A stretch of DNA of 64,000 nucleotides from Camelus dromedarius (taxonomy: Eukaryota), in contig NC_087437.1 of NCBI RefSeq assembly GCF_036321535.1, forward strand, positions 111,044,001 to 111,108,000, given 5' to 3'. Positions 52,011 through 64,000 of the stretch are shown here, one piece after another. The notes under the pieces are model-generated. The model did not search any database and was not told where the DNA came from. It worked only from the letters and a program-made list of their open reading frames with translations. Made by a program: the position numbers and the translations under genes. Each line of letters opens with the position of its first letter. Position 1 is the stretch's first letter.

Positions 52011-52175
52011 CTGATGTGTCTTTTGTGTAAGTGGTTCATTTTGTGTCTGAAAGGAAGTTTGGAAAGGCTGCTGCACAGGTGGAGTTGGAGGAATCACGGA
52101 CTGAGCCATGGGAGGAAATGGAGGTGTAGGAAGAAGGCCAAATCCTGGCATCTGTCCATTAGGAGGAAGTGGAAC
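52011..52175 (-). CDS. SCAF4: SCAF4 exon 10 (VPLPPNGQMPG...TQKTHQ)
   Basis: aag|GTT, CAG|gtaaaa, 165 nt. Confidence 0.95.
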
Positions 52176-52912
52176 CTTTGGTTTTCAAAAAATTGTATGA
52201 ACAGATTTTAAGTAATAGCTACCAAAAATAATACGAAAAAATCTTAGTTACTTTATATATAACTAAAATATCTTCAATAAATTTTGACCAACGAAAAACT
52301 ATGACATGCAACAACAATTAACATTTCTACAGGTACAATCTTTATCCAAAGAACTGTTACATATCTAACCACACAGGTTAAAAATCCTGTAACTCAGTTT
52401 ATAATTGTGAATACACAAATTTGGTTTTATAATTTAAAAACATAACTTCATTTATGCAAGGAAGCAATGAGACAGACTAAAGAAGCTCAGAGGTACTCTA
52501 CTGCAAACTCTCTACAACTTTAAAGGCAATCAAGCTTTTGAACAGGAAGAGTGGCTAGAAGCATTGACTTCTGGGATGATTTTTAAAAAAAATCTACTCC
52601 AAGGGGGAGTTTCAACCAATATGCCTACTTCTAAGGTTTCAAATATCACAGTAACTAGAGTAAGCCACAATCTAACATATTTCTACAGGTGTCATTTCAA
52701 TACCAATAGAATTAAAAGCATAAATATGTAATTACAATATCACAAAAAAAGCACTCTTTCTAAATTATTTATAAACTTTAAGTAATTGTTAAACATTTGG
52801 AAATAAACTCATAGGTTTTCTTCATATTTTAAACAGGCTCATAAAATATCTTTCAAATGTCATTTATCAACAAGTCATTAAAATCACAGCATCAATTTCA
52901 TATGACCAAATG

Positions 52913-53228
52913 CAGGCACACCTCAGAGATATTGTGGGTTCAGTTCCAGACCACTAAAATAAAGTGAATATCAGAATAATTTTTTGGTTTTCTAGTACAT
53001 ACAGAAGTTATGTTTACATTATACTGCAGTCTATTAAGTGTGCAATAACATTAAGTCTAAAAAAAAGTATATACTTTAATTTAAAAATACTTTATTGCTA
53101 AAAAATGCTAACAATCATCTGACAATGCATGGTTGCTACAAACCTTCAATTTGTTTAAAAAAAAAAAGAAAAAGAAAAAAGAAAACCCCAAAGAATCCGT
53201 GAAGCACATTAAAACAAGGAAAGTTTAT
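52913..53228. mobile_element. Tigger1-derived element, internally deleted
   Basis: CAGGCACACCTCAGAGATATTGTGGGTTCAGTTCCAGACCAC resembles the Tigger1 terminus. Confidence 0.7.
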
Positions 53229-54077
53229 AGTAGGGACTGAACATGATACAGATAAGAAAATGAATATATTCTAAAGAGATTTCTTAGAACACTTTCTAAA
53301 CTAAGTCTATAAAGTAGTATTTCCCAAGGCTGGTTGTAAAACAGAATCACTACACAATTAGAAACAAATAAACAAACAAAAAAACCCCACAACAGATTCT
53401 TTAGAGTGACTATAGCACTAGAGGCGCCAAATTTGTATTTTTTTAAAACATCCTTCCCCTGCCCCCATAATTTAGATGCACAGTCAAGTTTAGGAAACTC
53501 TGAATTAGAGAATTTATTTTATTTTATTTATTTTAAAAAATAAACCCAATTTAAATAAATAAAAAAAATTTATTTTAAAAAATAAACCCAATGAACAAAG
53601 CTCTACTAACTTCCTGTAATCCTCTAAGTACACCATGCTCCTTTTACTGCAGATTTCAAACTATATTCCTGAATGCTGTGAGCTTGAAAGCCCTCTAAAG
53701 CACTGAATCACACAATATAATGAAAGAAGAGAGATAAGCAGAGAAGAAAAAGAAAGGAAGGAAGGGAGGAAATAAGAAAAGAGCTATATAACTAAACAAG
53801 CCAGTTCCCTGAAATAGAACCAAAATCTCTCTCTAAACTATTTTAATAAAAATACCTAGTATTAAATTATTAGCATGCAATATTTATTAGCATCCTTGTT
53901 TTAATTAAAGCAAAAGGCAACTCAAATCAGTTATGTGCTCAACAGCTTTTATTGCAGCTCTAGTACTATTTAGCCACTCACACCAGCTAGCAATAGTGAC
54001 CTAAGAAGTCCAATCCATATGCTCTAATGAATAAATCTTCAGTTACTAAAACTTAGCTGTAAGAAAAATGTCCCTAC

Positions 54078-54186
54078 CTGATGATGCGCTGGCTCCTGCT
54101 GTATTGGCATCATTCGAGGTTGAAACTGATCCATGTTTTGATGCTGGGTATATGCCGGCTGCTGCATGCCATCTCCAGGAAATCCA
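54078..54186 (-). CDS. SCAF4: SCAF4 exon 9 (GFPGDGMQQPAY...EPAHHQ)
   Basis: tag|T GGA, CAG|gtaggg, 109 nt. Confidence 0.95.
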
Positions 54187-54557
54187 CTAAAAAATGAGTA
54201 ATCTTTTTACCCATTCAAAAACACATGCCTCTTAGCCACATGTATATTACAGAAACTTAAAAGAATGCTGCTCAGGAGTCATTAATTATCAGCATTTGAC
54301 TGAATCACACATTTGTCTATATTAATTTACACATTCAGCATTATTCCTAACATAAAAGCCATTTTTCTACTGTAAATCTGATAGGACCCTCTCCATTTAG
54401 AAGAAAACCTGTAATATCACAATAAAAAAATTTTCTTTAAAAGACTGTATGAAAAATGATTATTTTTTTTTGAAAAATGATTATGTTATTGTTACCTGCA
54501 TCATGCCTTACAATGATTACTAAATCCGTATCTGCTGAGAAATCAAAAGAAACTCAC

Positions 54558-54793
54558 AAGGGGGCCTGTGGAGGAGAAGCCGCAGCCGGGGCAGCAGAAG
54601 GCACGGCAGCAGCAGGAGCTGGGGGTGCGGCAGCAGCAGGAGGTGCCGTGGCGGCACTGGCAGCAGTAGCAGTGGCGGCGGCAGCAGCAGCGGCAGCGGC
54701 GGCGGCGGCGGCGGCGGCGGCAGCAGCATCTTCTTTCTTTGATTCCTCCACAGCTTCTGGCTCATCATCGTAATCAAATCTATCAAGTAGCTT
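54558..54793 (-). CDS. SCAF4: SCAF4 exon 8 (KLLDRFDYDDEPE...poly-Ala...PPQAPF)
   Basis: cag|AAG, TT|gtgagt, 236 nt, phase consistent with both neighbours. Confidence 0.95.
54674..54727 (-). repeat. GCY trinucleotide repeat encoding 18 alanines
   Basis: Coding strand (GCT)2(GCC)8 GCT GCC (GCT)3(GCC)3. Confidence 0.95.
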
Positions 54794-56009
54794 CTGAAAT
54801 AGGCATGTCAATATTCCATTTTAAAATTTAGACTATGCTTCACTGCACAAAAATCTTTACACAAACAACAGATATTCACCATCATGCATAACCCCACCAT
54901 GCTTTCAAGTATAATCTCGTTTTCCCTTATGTCTCTTAGGACCTTGGTTCATAGACAATTTTTATACAAATGTCATTTTGAAAAGACATAATTATTTACA
55001 TTCTGCTTTTCTTCCCCAATTCTAAGTAGTGTTCTCTTTTTGAGTATTTTCTACATGATTTTATAGCTAATTTAGTGACAGATTTTTACTAGACTAAAAA
55101 CTTCTGGAACTTTGCACATGTGAAAATGGGTATACATTTTCAGTCAGCTTTGTAAAATGTACAAAAAGAAAGACCATCTCATCTAATCATTTTAAATGCC
55201 TACAGAAAAATGTCCATATGCTGCTTGCTCAAGAATATACTAGTAATACGACAAAGAAGAAAGAGAATGGCACAGACAGGGCCACACAGTCTACCTGATT
55301 ACTTGCTTCTTTCTTAAAACTTCGCAGCTCACCTTAGATTACCAGAAACGCTCATTTAAAAAAAAAAAATCAAGAAAGCCAATCAGGGCACTTCACAAAA
55401 TCACATCAAGAAGAGCCACTCAAAAATATTATCACATTTATTTAGAAAGGTAGGAAGGAAGGAAAGTAATACACCTAATTCCATAGGAACACCCACTGCG
55501 TGTTTTGGTAGGTTACATACAATACTTCATCATCACAAGAAGCATACAATGTAGATATAATTTCTTCTTTTTACAGACAAGGAAACTAAGGCTCAGGAAT
55601 TAAGAACCAAAAACCAAGACCATACAGTTAATAAATGATAGAATCAGGATGTAGACAATGGTCTTTACTACTTCAAAGCCCTGTCTCTGGTGTCAAACAA
55701 GCAGTCATCTCTCTCAAGCTGTACCCTTCCTGCTCATGGATTTCCAACCTCAGATTCCTGTATTTCTATTGTTCTGTGATAGTTCTGCCTAGAAATTCTG
55801 ATTCTACTCTATTGAACAGATTTCTAAATTAGGACAAGAAGTCCCCTTCTTGGACAACATTTGTCTTTCTTCCTTTCTTTGTAATTCTAGGCCATGTGAT
55901 TAAAAGTTCTTATAACTGAGCAATCTAATATGGCTGAGGCATCCTGCTGCTTTACGCACATTAGCTTACTTAACCCTCATGGCAATAAGAAAATATAGGT
56001 ATTTTTTAA

Positions 56010-56190
56010 AATTTATTTTAAAATTTTTTACTGAAGTACAGTTATGACGTGTCAATTTCTGGTGTACAGCACAATGTCCCAGTCATGCATATACATACAT
56101 ATATTCGTTTTCATTTTCTTTTAATTAGAAGTTATTGTAAGATACTAAACATAGTTCCCTGTGCTACACAGAAGAAACTTTTTTATTTTA
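56010..56190 (-). mobile_element. L1 3' end fragment, same family as 4939-5390
   Basis: GTGTCAATTTCTGGTGTACAGC...ATAGTTCCCTGTGC is the reverse complement of the 5 kb copies. Confidence 0.7.
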
Positions 56191-57045
56191 TTACACTGGT
56201 ATACAGTGAGTATTTAAGTAACCCAACATTAAGAAAGAGTCAATAACAGGAGCCAAAATTAAAACTCGAGTCTAAACTGCCTACAGAAAACTCAAACCCT
56301 ATGATCTTCGCAGTTTATCACATACAGGTGTGTTAAAATTTGAGATTTATAACTATTGCTTTGGAAAAAGATTTGAAGCAATTAAAAAATTAAACTTTTA
56401 TATCCAAAAAGGCATTTCTGTTGCTTTTTTAGGAAACTGAAGATCTATGAAGCAGCTGAAACAGACAAAATGTTCCCAGTCAAGCTGTTTGACTAGCTTA
56501 AAATAGGCCTTTTTTTGTCAAAAGCAAAGAATTCCTTCTTCTAAACTTTATATAACTAAAAAACACTGATTAACCCACTTAAGGTAAAACACTAGAGAAT
56601 TACAATTCAAGTTAATAACAAAGTAAGAATGCCAGTAGCACTGCTATTACTCAACATCTTTTTCCTGGAAGTCCTAGCCACCAGTATAATAAGAAAAGAA
56701 AAAGAAATGCCTATGTTGATGTTGAGAGGAAAATTCAAGTTTAGTAGCCTAGAAAATCTGAGAGAACCAATTAGAAAACAGCATTTAATACCAAGACCAT
56801 TTACAAGATAAAATAAAAATTAAGTTTTCATCTATGGCATCACTAACTAAATAGAAGTGTTATAAAAAATTAAACATGGAAAATGAATAAATACCTAAGA
56901 ATGGATAAATGGAACAAAAAATGTATACAACTTACATTAAAAACCTAATAAATGGAGATTCTGCAACAGAGACTATCAGTACTTCTTAAATTAACATATA
57001 AATCCATAAATTCTAAAATTTCTTAAAGTTCATCTGCAAAAGTAT

Positions 57046-57455
57046 ATTATGATGGTTAATCGTATGTAACTTGGCTACATTATGGTGCCCAGTGGTTTGG
57101 TTGAATATTAATCTAGATGTTGCTGTGAAAGGTATTTTAAAAATGTGATTAAACATTTAAATCAGTAGATTTTGAATAAATATTCTCCATAATATGGGTA
57201 TGCCTCATCCAATCAGTCGAAGGCCTTAAGACCAAGAATTTAGGTTTCCTGGAGAAGGAATTCTCAAGATGGCAATATGGAAACCTTGCCATGCAGAATT
57301 CAGACTGAAGACTGCAACATTAAGTCTTATCTGAATTTCCAGCCTGCCATTCTGACATACAAATTTCAAATTTGCCAGCCTGGACAACTGCGTGAGCATG
57401 AGCGTGAGAGTGTGCGTGTGTAACTGCTTCCGTTTCTCTGGAGAACCCTAATACA
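57046..57455. mobile_element. MLT2 (ERVL) LTR within older L1-like sequence
   Basis: TGATGGTTAAT...GGTGCCCAG...CCTCATCCAATCAG...TCTCTGGAGAACCCTAATACA. Confidence 0.7.
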
Positions 57456-58986
57456 TATGCTCAAGAATAGCCAAAGAAAGTCTGAAAGAGAATAAGGGCA
57501 GAAACACATCTGGAAATAAAATACAAGTTGCAAGTATTTAAATTGTTATGATGCAGAAATAAGCAAATATATTAGTGGGACAGAATAGTGTCTAGAGATA
57601 GACACAGAAACAAACGAGAATTAAGTGTATGACAAAAATTGTGAGGGAGAATCAGCAGTTTCCAAAATATGAAGATATTCTAAAATATGGTTCTGGATGG
57701 ATGGACTGAGAGACAAACATAAAAAACAAAAATATAAAACTACTAGGAGAACTACAGAATTTTTAATACCAGTGGGAAGAGTTTTCCTAATTATAACACA
57801 AAACAGAAGACTAATAAACAAAACCACAATACGTAACAATTTATGTTCACATATGCTTGAAAACAGGTCTGAAAAGAAGAAACAAATCTGTTCAAAGCAG
57901 AGTGGAACTGATTCCCTTTTTACTTTGGAACTTTCTGTATTACTTGCTTTTTTTTCCCTATAATAAACATGTATTCCTTTCTACTTAAAAATTTCATTCA
58001 ACCTTTTTTTAACCAATATTCATTCATAAATCACTACAATATAACCAGTATTTGTTTATATATGGATTCTTAACATGGACTACCAGCAATAAAGTCATTG
58101 TATCTTGTAATTATAAATATAAATATAAATGCTAGAAAGAATCAAAATTCTAGAGATTAAACTGAAAGATATATCATTCCAGGATCTTCAAACTTTTATT
58201 GTTTTTTGCAGCGAAATCTGTAGAATGAAATGAAATTTTGTATGGCCATAAATCCAATACATAGACAAGATAAAAGTGGAGTTGTCTGGGTTAACATCTC
58301 AACAGGAAGCTCTGAGCTGTGTATATTCAGCACATCTATATCCTCAGTGGCAGCTCCTTCAACATATATAAGACCCAAGAGAACAGTTGGAAGACACTGA
58401 ACCAATCCAAACCCTCATATAGATATAATTAACGTTTTTAACAGCAAAAAAACAGAAAGCAACTTCAATGTCTATCAATAGGGGGAATGGCTAAATTGTG
58501 ATGTGCCCATGGAATGAAATACTCCTAAATGATCACTCAGTAAAAATGTGTATCTACATCTATTAACCTCAACAACAACAAAGAGACAAGATTAAGATCA
58601 AAACACGCAAGTCAGAAACAGTGTTTATATATACTAAAGACATACATATATTTTTAATATGTATATGTATGTACACACATATATAAAATGAAAGAAAAAG
58701 TATATAACCCCAGGAAATTAATTCTGAAAAGATATACATCAAAATGTTATCTTCAAGTATGTTAATGGTGAATGTTCTCCTGTTTCCGTTACACTGTAAA
58801 TTTTGCAACAAGTATATATTACATTTATAACCAGAAATAATAATCCATGTTTTGATATAAGGGGGAAAATCCCTCAAACCACAACGCAACGAAATGACAA
58901 TCCAGAGAAGCTAGAGAAGGGAGAACCTTCCACATTCCGACCTGAGTGATATAGACAATAGAGTGGGATATGTGAGAGAAGCGTAC

Positions 58987-59163
58987 CTTGTCAAATGCAG
59001 TTTTTTGCTCAGGTGGGGGGAAAGCAGCTTTTTGTTCAGGTGGTTGTGTAGGAGCTGTCTTTAATTGAGCTGTGATAGCCTGAACCTGAGCCATCACAGC
59101 ATTGTCAATGGCGGGAGACTGTGGTTTTGGAGGCTGCTGAAAAGTCTGAAGGATCTGCTGAAG
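58987..59163 (-). CDS. SCAF4: SCAF4 exon 7 (LQQILQTFQQ...KTAFDK)
   Basis: aag|CTT, AAG|gtacgc, 177 nt. Confidence 0.96.
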
Positions 59164-59776
59164 CTTAAAGAATGGGAAAACTGATAAACCACATAACAAA
59201 GTATAACCATAGTATCAAAAGTTAATTTACTAAAGAAAATCTTACAGGTGGCTCAAAATAGCATAGGCACAGAGTACACTGGGAAAAAGAATCCACTTTT
59301 TGGTAATGGTTACATTTGTTGTGAATGTCAGGGAACAATGTCACTTAAGGTTAAAAATGTATGCCAACAACCCCAACAGTAGAAAATGATGGTCAAAGAG
59401 AAAAGAAAATACACCAAATTGTGAACAAGGTAAATATATACTCTAGAAAAGTGTAAAAAACTATCTCCAATTCAAATAATTTTGAAATCAACTGGAAATT
59501 CTGGAACTGCGAGTAGCCATACCAGCCATTTGGCAGTTCTTAAGTTCTCTCCAAAGGGGTACTGCTATTTCTCAGTGTGCTGTTACCCTGTTTCTCACCC
59601 TTTCCCACAGTTTTCCTATTAGCCCTATGCATTTACCTTCCTGGTGAAGGCTTTTCTAGTTGAAAAGTAGAAATATTTCCTCCCTAAAATGTGCTTGATA
59701 ATTAGGAATGAAAAATAAGAACTGACAACAGTATCTTAAATAAACAATTTAATGTTTCTTCGGATAAGTGGTTTAC

Positions 59777-59916
59777 CTGTTGACCTTGAGTTGTCTGAAA
59801 CAGTTGGGCCACAGCAGCAAAAGCATCAGAGCTGGGCAACTGTGGTACAGTTGGTACAGAGTTTGTAGTGGCCTGTGGAAGTTCAGAAGCAACCTTGACT
59901 GGAGGTGGAGGTGAAC
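59777..59916 (-). CDS. SCAF4: SCAF4 exon 6 (GSPPPPVKVA...TTQGQQ)
   Basis: tag|GT, CAG|gtaaac, 140 nt. Confidence 0.96.
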
Positions 59917-60229
59917 CTAAAAAAGAAAAGGTCATTAAGGCCTAAGAAAACTTTAACCTATAAATTTTTTTTAAACTCCATTAAGTTTCTATACAAAACA
60001 CTCCATTCAGTTAAACACATAGTAAAAATATAGATTATAGTATTACAGTTTATACTAGCATTGAAAACTTTTATTAGAAATAAGAACTATGGAAAGAAAA
60101 CCATACATTCCAAGATGTAAACTCAAGTTTCCTTCTTATGGAAAAAGTCCATCACCATAAATAGACTCCAAATATTTCATGCACAAAAAATTATATCATT
60201 TCTAAGTTTACAGATACACTTGGCCATAC

Positions 60230-60365
60230 CTTCATTATTAGTAACATTTTCTGCTATTGGGGCTGCATTACTGGTTCCTGCTGCCATGTCCAAAAGAGGC
60301 TGAATAATTTCAATTTTGAATACCCCATTTTTTTGCCAAAGGTTCAGCACACGAACTATTTTACT
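60230..60365 (-). CDS. SCAF4: SCAF4 exon 5 (SKIVRVLNLWQKNGVF...VTNNE), end of the CID
   Basis: cag|AGT, G|gtatgg, 136 nt. Confidence 0.96.
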
Positions 60366-61466
60366 CTGTTATGTGTGAGAAAACATGAATATACAATAAA
60401 TATTTGCTTAAATAATTTATTATACTTCTTACAAAGAGAAAAAAAATACTCTAAGCTAGTATCTTCAAATTAGATCTGTTTCATAAAAAGAATTAAATCA
60501 TCTGAATTACAACCTGATTAAACTCCTCTAATTGACCTTTCTTCAGTAGTATAATTTGGTCTAAGAAACAGGAGGGAAAAAAAAAAGGAATATAATCTAG
60601 ATAAAAAGAAATTTACTATAATAATGCATTTGAAGTTTTCATTATATTCATAGTTACAAAGAAACAAAAATAGTTATCCGAGAGAACTGAAGTAAAAAAA
60701 TTTTCAGGATGACCGTAACAGTTAAAAATATTAAGAAACTGGCCAGCAAGTGTTATGTAAGTTGTTTTGTGGACCAGTAAATATGAAGGCAATCCAGAGA
60801 AAATGTGCTATTCATGGGTATAATTCTTATCTCCTACTTAAGGAAATCACCTTTTTCTCTTGTATACTTTCCCAAGAAGAGCATTCCTCCAAGAGTATAA
60901 ATACAGAATCCATAATACTCAAAATTTATGCGCCGTTTATTGTAAGTCTCTAGCCTTCACTGAGTTTACCTTACCGGTGTATTTCTTCCACATACTGGAG
61001 TCTAGTTTTCATGTCTATAATTTTTTTAAAAATATTTTTATAGTACATTGTAAAGCCAGCTATATATGAGAGGAATTAGATACTATAGTCTGATTGCTAA
61101 TGAAAACCATTTACACTCTAGCATCTCTATATACTGGGGAAAGCCATCAATTCTTAGTCCCTTCTGGAATAAGCAACAATCTGAGGTGAGCACTGCCTTC
61201 CTCTACTGCAGAATTTCTTTACCACTCAACACAAGAAATCTTTCCAACAACATCTTCTTTAAAGCAAGATGGTGCTCCTTTTAAATTTTAACAATACAAC
61301 ATTCCTGAAGGACTTCACAAAAAAAATGGATAAATACGAGATGACTACTACAGAAAAAACTGGGTTTTGTTTCAAGTTCACAGAGATCGCTACATAATTA
61401 TCTTTCTAGTACCAAATATCTAGTATACATTTAAACAGACTTAAATAATAAAATTATAAACTATAC

Positions 61467-61628
61467 CTTATCTTCAGATGGACAAAGATATAAATATTGG
61501 AATGTGGCAGTTATGTTTTTAGAGAATCTTGGCCCAAAAACATCTTTATCAGTTCCAAACTGATGACGAGACTGTCGCACAATTGAGTCGATTACATACA
61601 ATCCCGGAACCTTGTACTCTGGTTTACA
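61467..61628 (-). CDS. SCAF4: SCAF4 exon 4 (CKPEYKVPGLYVIDSIVRQ...CPSEDK), CTD-interacting domain
   Basis: tag|TGT, AAG|gtatag, 162 nt; LYVIDSI CID signature. Confidence 0.97.
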
Positions 61629-62379
61629 CTACAAAGATAAAGATGTAAAGTCAATACAAGAAAAGCAAATCACAATCTGATACCCATTAACCTCACTTTT
61701 ATGAAACTCTATATATCCAACATTTATTTTTATTTAGAAACTACCCGAATGTTTAGTTCTCTTATTGGCTAGTTTGTCAAATTTCCTACAAGTCTGTAGA
61801 GAACTGCCATTCTCTTGAAACTTCAGATCCCCAATATTTTACTTTTCTCTGATCCCTCTATCTCCGCACACACAACTCCACAGAATCAACATTACTTTAC
61901 CAATCCCAAAGCCACTTCCATACAAATCCACTTATTATAATAAGTCTCTATTCCAATTCATCCTGCTCAAAAATATAATTTTAACCTTTTAAAATTATCA
62001 AAAAGATAATTTTAACAACATATTAATTTTAATTCTATTACAGTACCAGAGAAACAAAAAAGGAGAGGCCATTGTTGGCCTACCAAATTGGCAAGATAGA
62101 AAGAACAGAGAAAAAGACACCCACATACATCTCTGGTGGTACAATCTTTATGAAAGATGATTTAGCAATAAAAGCAAAGCCTTATTTGATTCAACAAGTC
62201 TACATCTAGAAATTTATTCCAAGGAAAACAATTAAGATGTCTCTAATTTTCCCCATAAAGCTAGCCCCTGAAGTGAAATGCCCAGCAGTAAGGAACTGGT
62301 TGAGTAGATAATGAAAACATATCCATCAACAGAAGTGTATAAAGATAGGGTGTGCGTATATGTATATATATATATACAC

Positions 62380-62760
62380 AACAAAATTCTACTCAACCGT
62401 GAAACAGAATAGAATTTTGCCATTTGCAGAAACATGGATGGACTTGGAAGGCATTATGCTAAGTGAAATAAGACAGAGAAAGACAAATACTCTATGATAT
62501 CACTTACATGTGAAATCTAAAAAATACAACAAATGTGAATGAAACAAAAAAGTAGACTCAGATATAGAGAACAAACTAGTGGTTATCAGTAAGGAAAGGG
62601 AACGGAGAGGGGCAATACAGGGATGAGGAAAAAGGTTATTATCGGATTACATGAATTCATGTGTGTGAAACTTTTGAAAATTACAAAGCATTATAGATTT
62701 TTTTTAAACCACTACAGAATTTAAGAATCTTTCATTCAATAAAAAAAGGAGAAAAAATAA
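62380..62760 (+). mobile_element. L1 3' end
   Basis: CCATTTGCAGAAACATGGATGGACTTGGAAGGCATTATGCTAAGTGAAATAAG followed by an A-rich tail. Confidence 0.75.
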
Positions 62761-63655
62761 ATTGTGAAAACAATCACGATGAAATACTTCACAGATGTTT
62801 ATGATAAATTCAGTGGGAAAGCAGATTATCAATCAGTATGTCTTCATTTTTCCTTTTATAAATGTACATGTACATACTAAAACCTGAGTAGATCCAAATG
62901 AAATAAAGACATTCATAGTATCTGGGGTGATGGCATATAGGTAATTTAAATTTTTTTCTATTTTATTTATTTGTACTTGGATTTGCTACTATAAAAACCT
63001 CTACTGACTATCCTTTTTTGGTCTGTTGGAGCTCTAACTCCTATCTCTCAGCCAGTATTAAAAGGCCATGGGCCAGAGACATTTCCACACACAACTTTTT
63101 TTTTTTTTTTGGAGTCCATACACATTTATCAGTGTGTACTACATGACACAATTCCAGGTTGGGGAAGCAGACAAAGATGTCTAAATCTCTGCTCTCGGTC
63201 CTCTACTGAGACAGACGTGCTAATCACACAGTTGTAAAGCAATATATAATTGTGGAAGTGAAAAATGGTTCAATTATGATGGGAGCAGGGAAAAGTTGGA
63301 AAACTTTACAGTGATTTCATTTCAAGTACTCCAAGATGAGTTAAATGTCAACAGAGTAGACACAGCAAAGGGGAGAGGAGACCTATCAGGCTCAAGGAAG
63401 AGAGTCTTGTCAGCAGACAAGAAATTCTGTTGTTGAATGGCTATCTCACAGTAATTGTTCAATCAACAGTACTGCTATAAATTTTTGTTCTGTTAAAGAA
63501 AAAACCCCCCAAAATCTCTAATGATTAAAACGAACTCCTAGTGACAACTTTTTTGTAGAGTGGCTTTAGAAGCAAGCATCCAAATTACAAATTACAAAGT
63601 AAATCACAATTACTGATCATAACTAAAATGAAGTAGTAATGAAATGGATAGTTAC

Positions 63656-63700
63656 CTTTTTGATGAACTTTTCTACTATTTGAACTACATGCTTATAAAG
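63656..63700 (-). CDS. SCAF4: SCAF4 exon 3 (LYKHVVQIVEKFIKK); exons 1-2 are outside the window
   Basis: cag|CTT, AAG|gtaact, 45 nt. Confidence 0.95.
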
Positions 63701-64000
63701 CTGAAAAGAATTAAAAGAAAATCATTATCCAGTTTACATTATTTCTACATTTCCTGTAATCAGAAAATACTCAAAACCTTGAAATTTGCAGAATCAGATT
63801 AATTCCCCACTGAATGACAATGAGAAATAATTCATACTCAACACACAGTCAACAACTTAAGAAATCTTAACAAATCAGGAAAAAACTAACTGAAACAGAA
63901 AACTATAAAAAAAAATCCCCCGAAACAGCAGGCCCTTTTCTTAGACTTTTAATCAGTAAATCTCATAAAGCAATTTATCAGAGAACTTTATGACAGGAAT

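Noticed and set aside
54477..54786. Poly-Ala ORF on + and poly-Pro ORF on -
   Set aside because: Alternative frames of the GCC repeat in SCAF4 exon 8

Overview
Mammalian genomic DNA, most likely camelid, judged from the SOD1 protein sequence and camelid-type tRNA-derived SINEs; it is the conserved SOD1-SCAF4 locus. Bases 1-19.7 kb are a transposon-rich upstream region (nested ERV LTRs including two MER41-like copies, MER21-like and MLT1 LTRs, a decayed L1 with younger inserts, DNA transposon fossils). A CpG-island/TATA promoter drives the complete 5-exon SOD1 gene on + (CDS 20113-27118, 153 aa, GC-AG first intron). SCAF4 lies tail-to-tail on the minus strand: 18 coding exons (3-20 by human numbering, 63700 down to 30069) that join into 1115 codons plus stop; exons 1-2 lie beyond the window. 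All exon boundaries were checked by hand for splice dinucleotides and phase. I see no evidence of a wholly new gene system. The best leads are two stop-containing candidate cassette exons in the long last SCAF4 intron, an 18-alanine expansion and a (QQPPPT)4 repeat in SCAF4, a perfect ARE in SOD1 intron 1, and a GAS-bearing MER41-like LTR upstream of SOD1. Repeat family names and comparisons to human sequence are from memory and need RepeatMasker/alignment confirmation.
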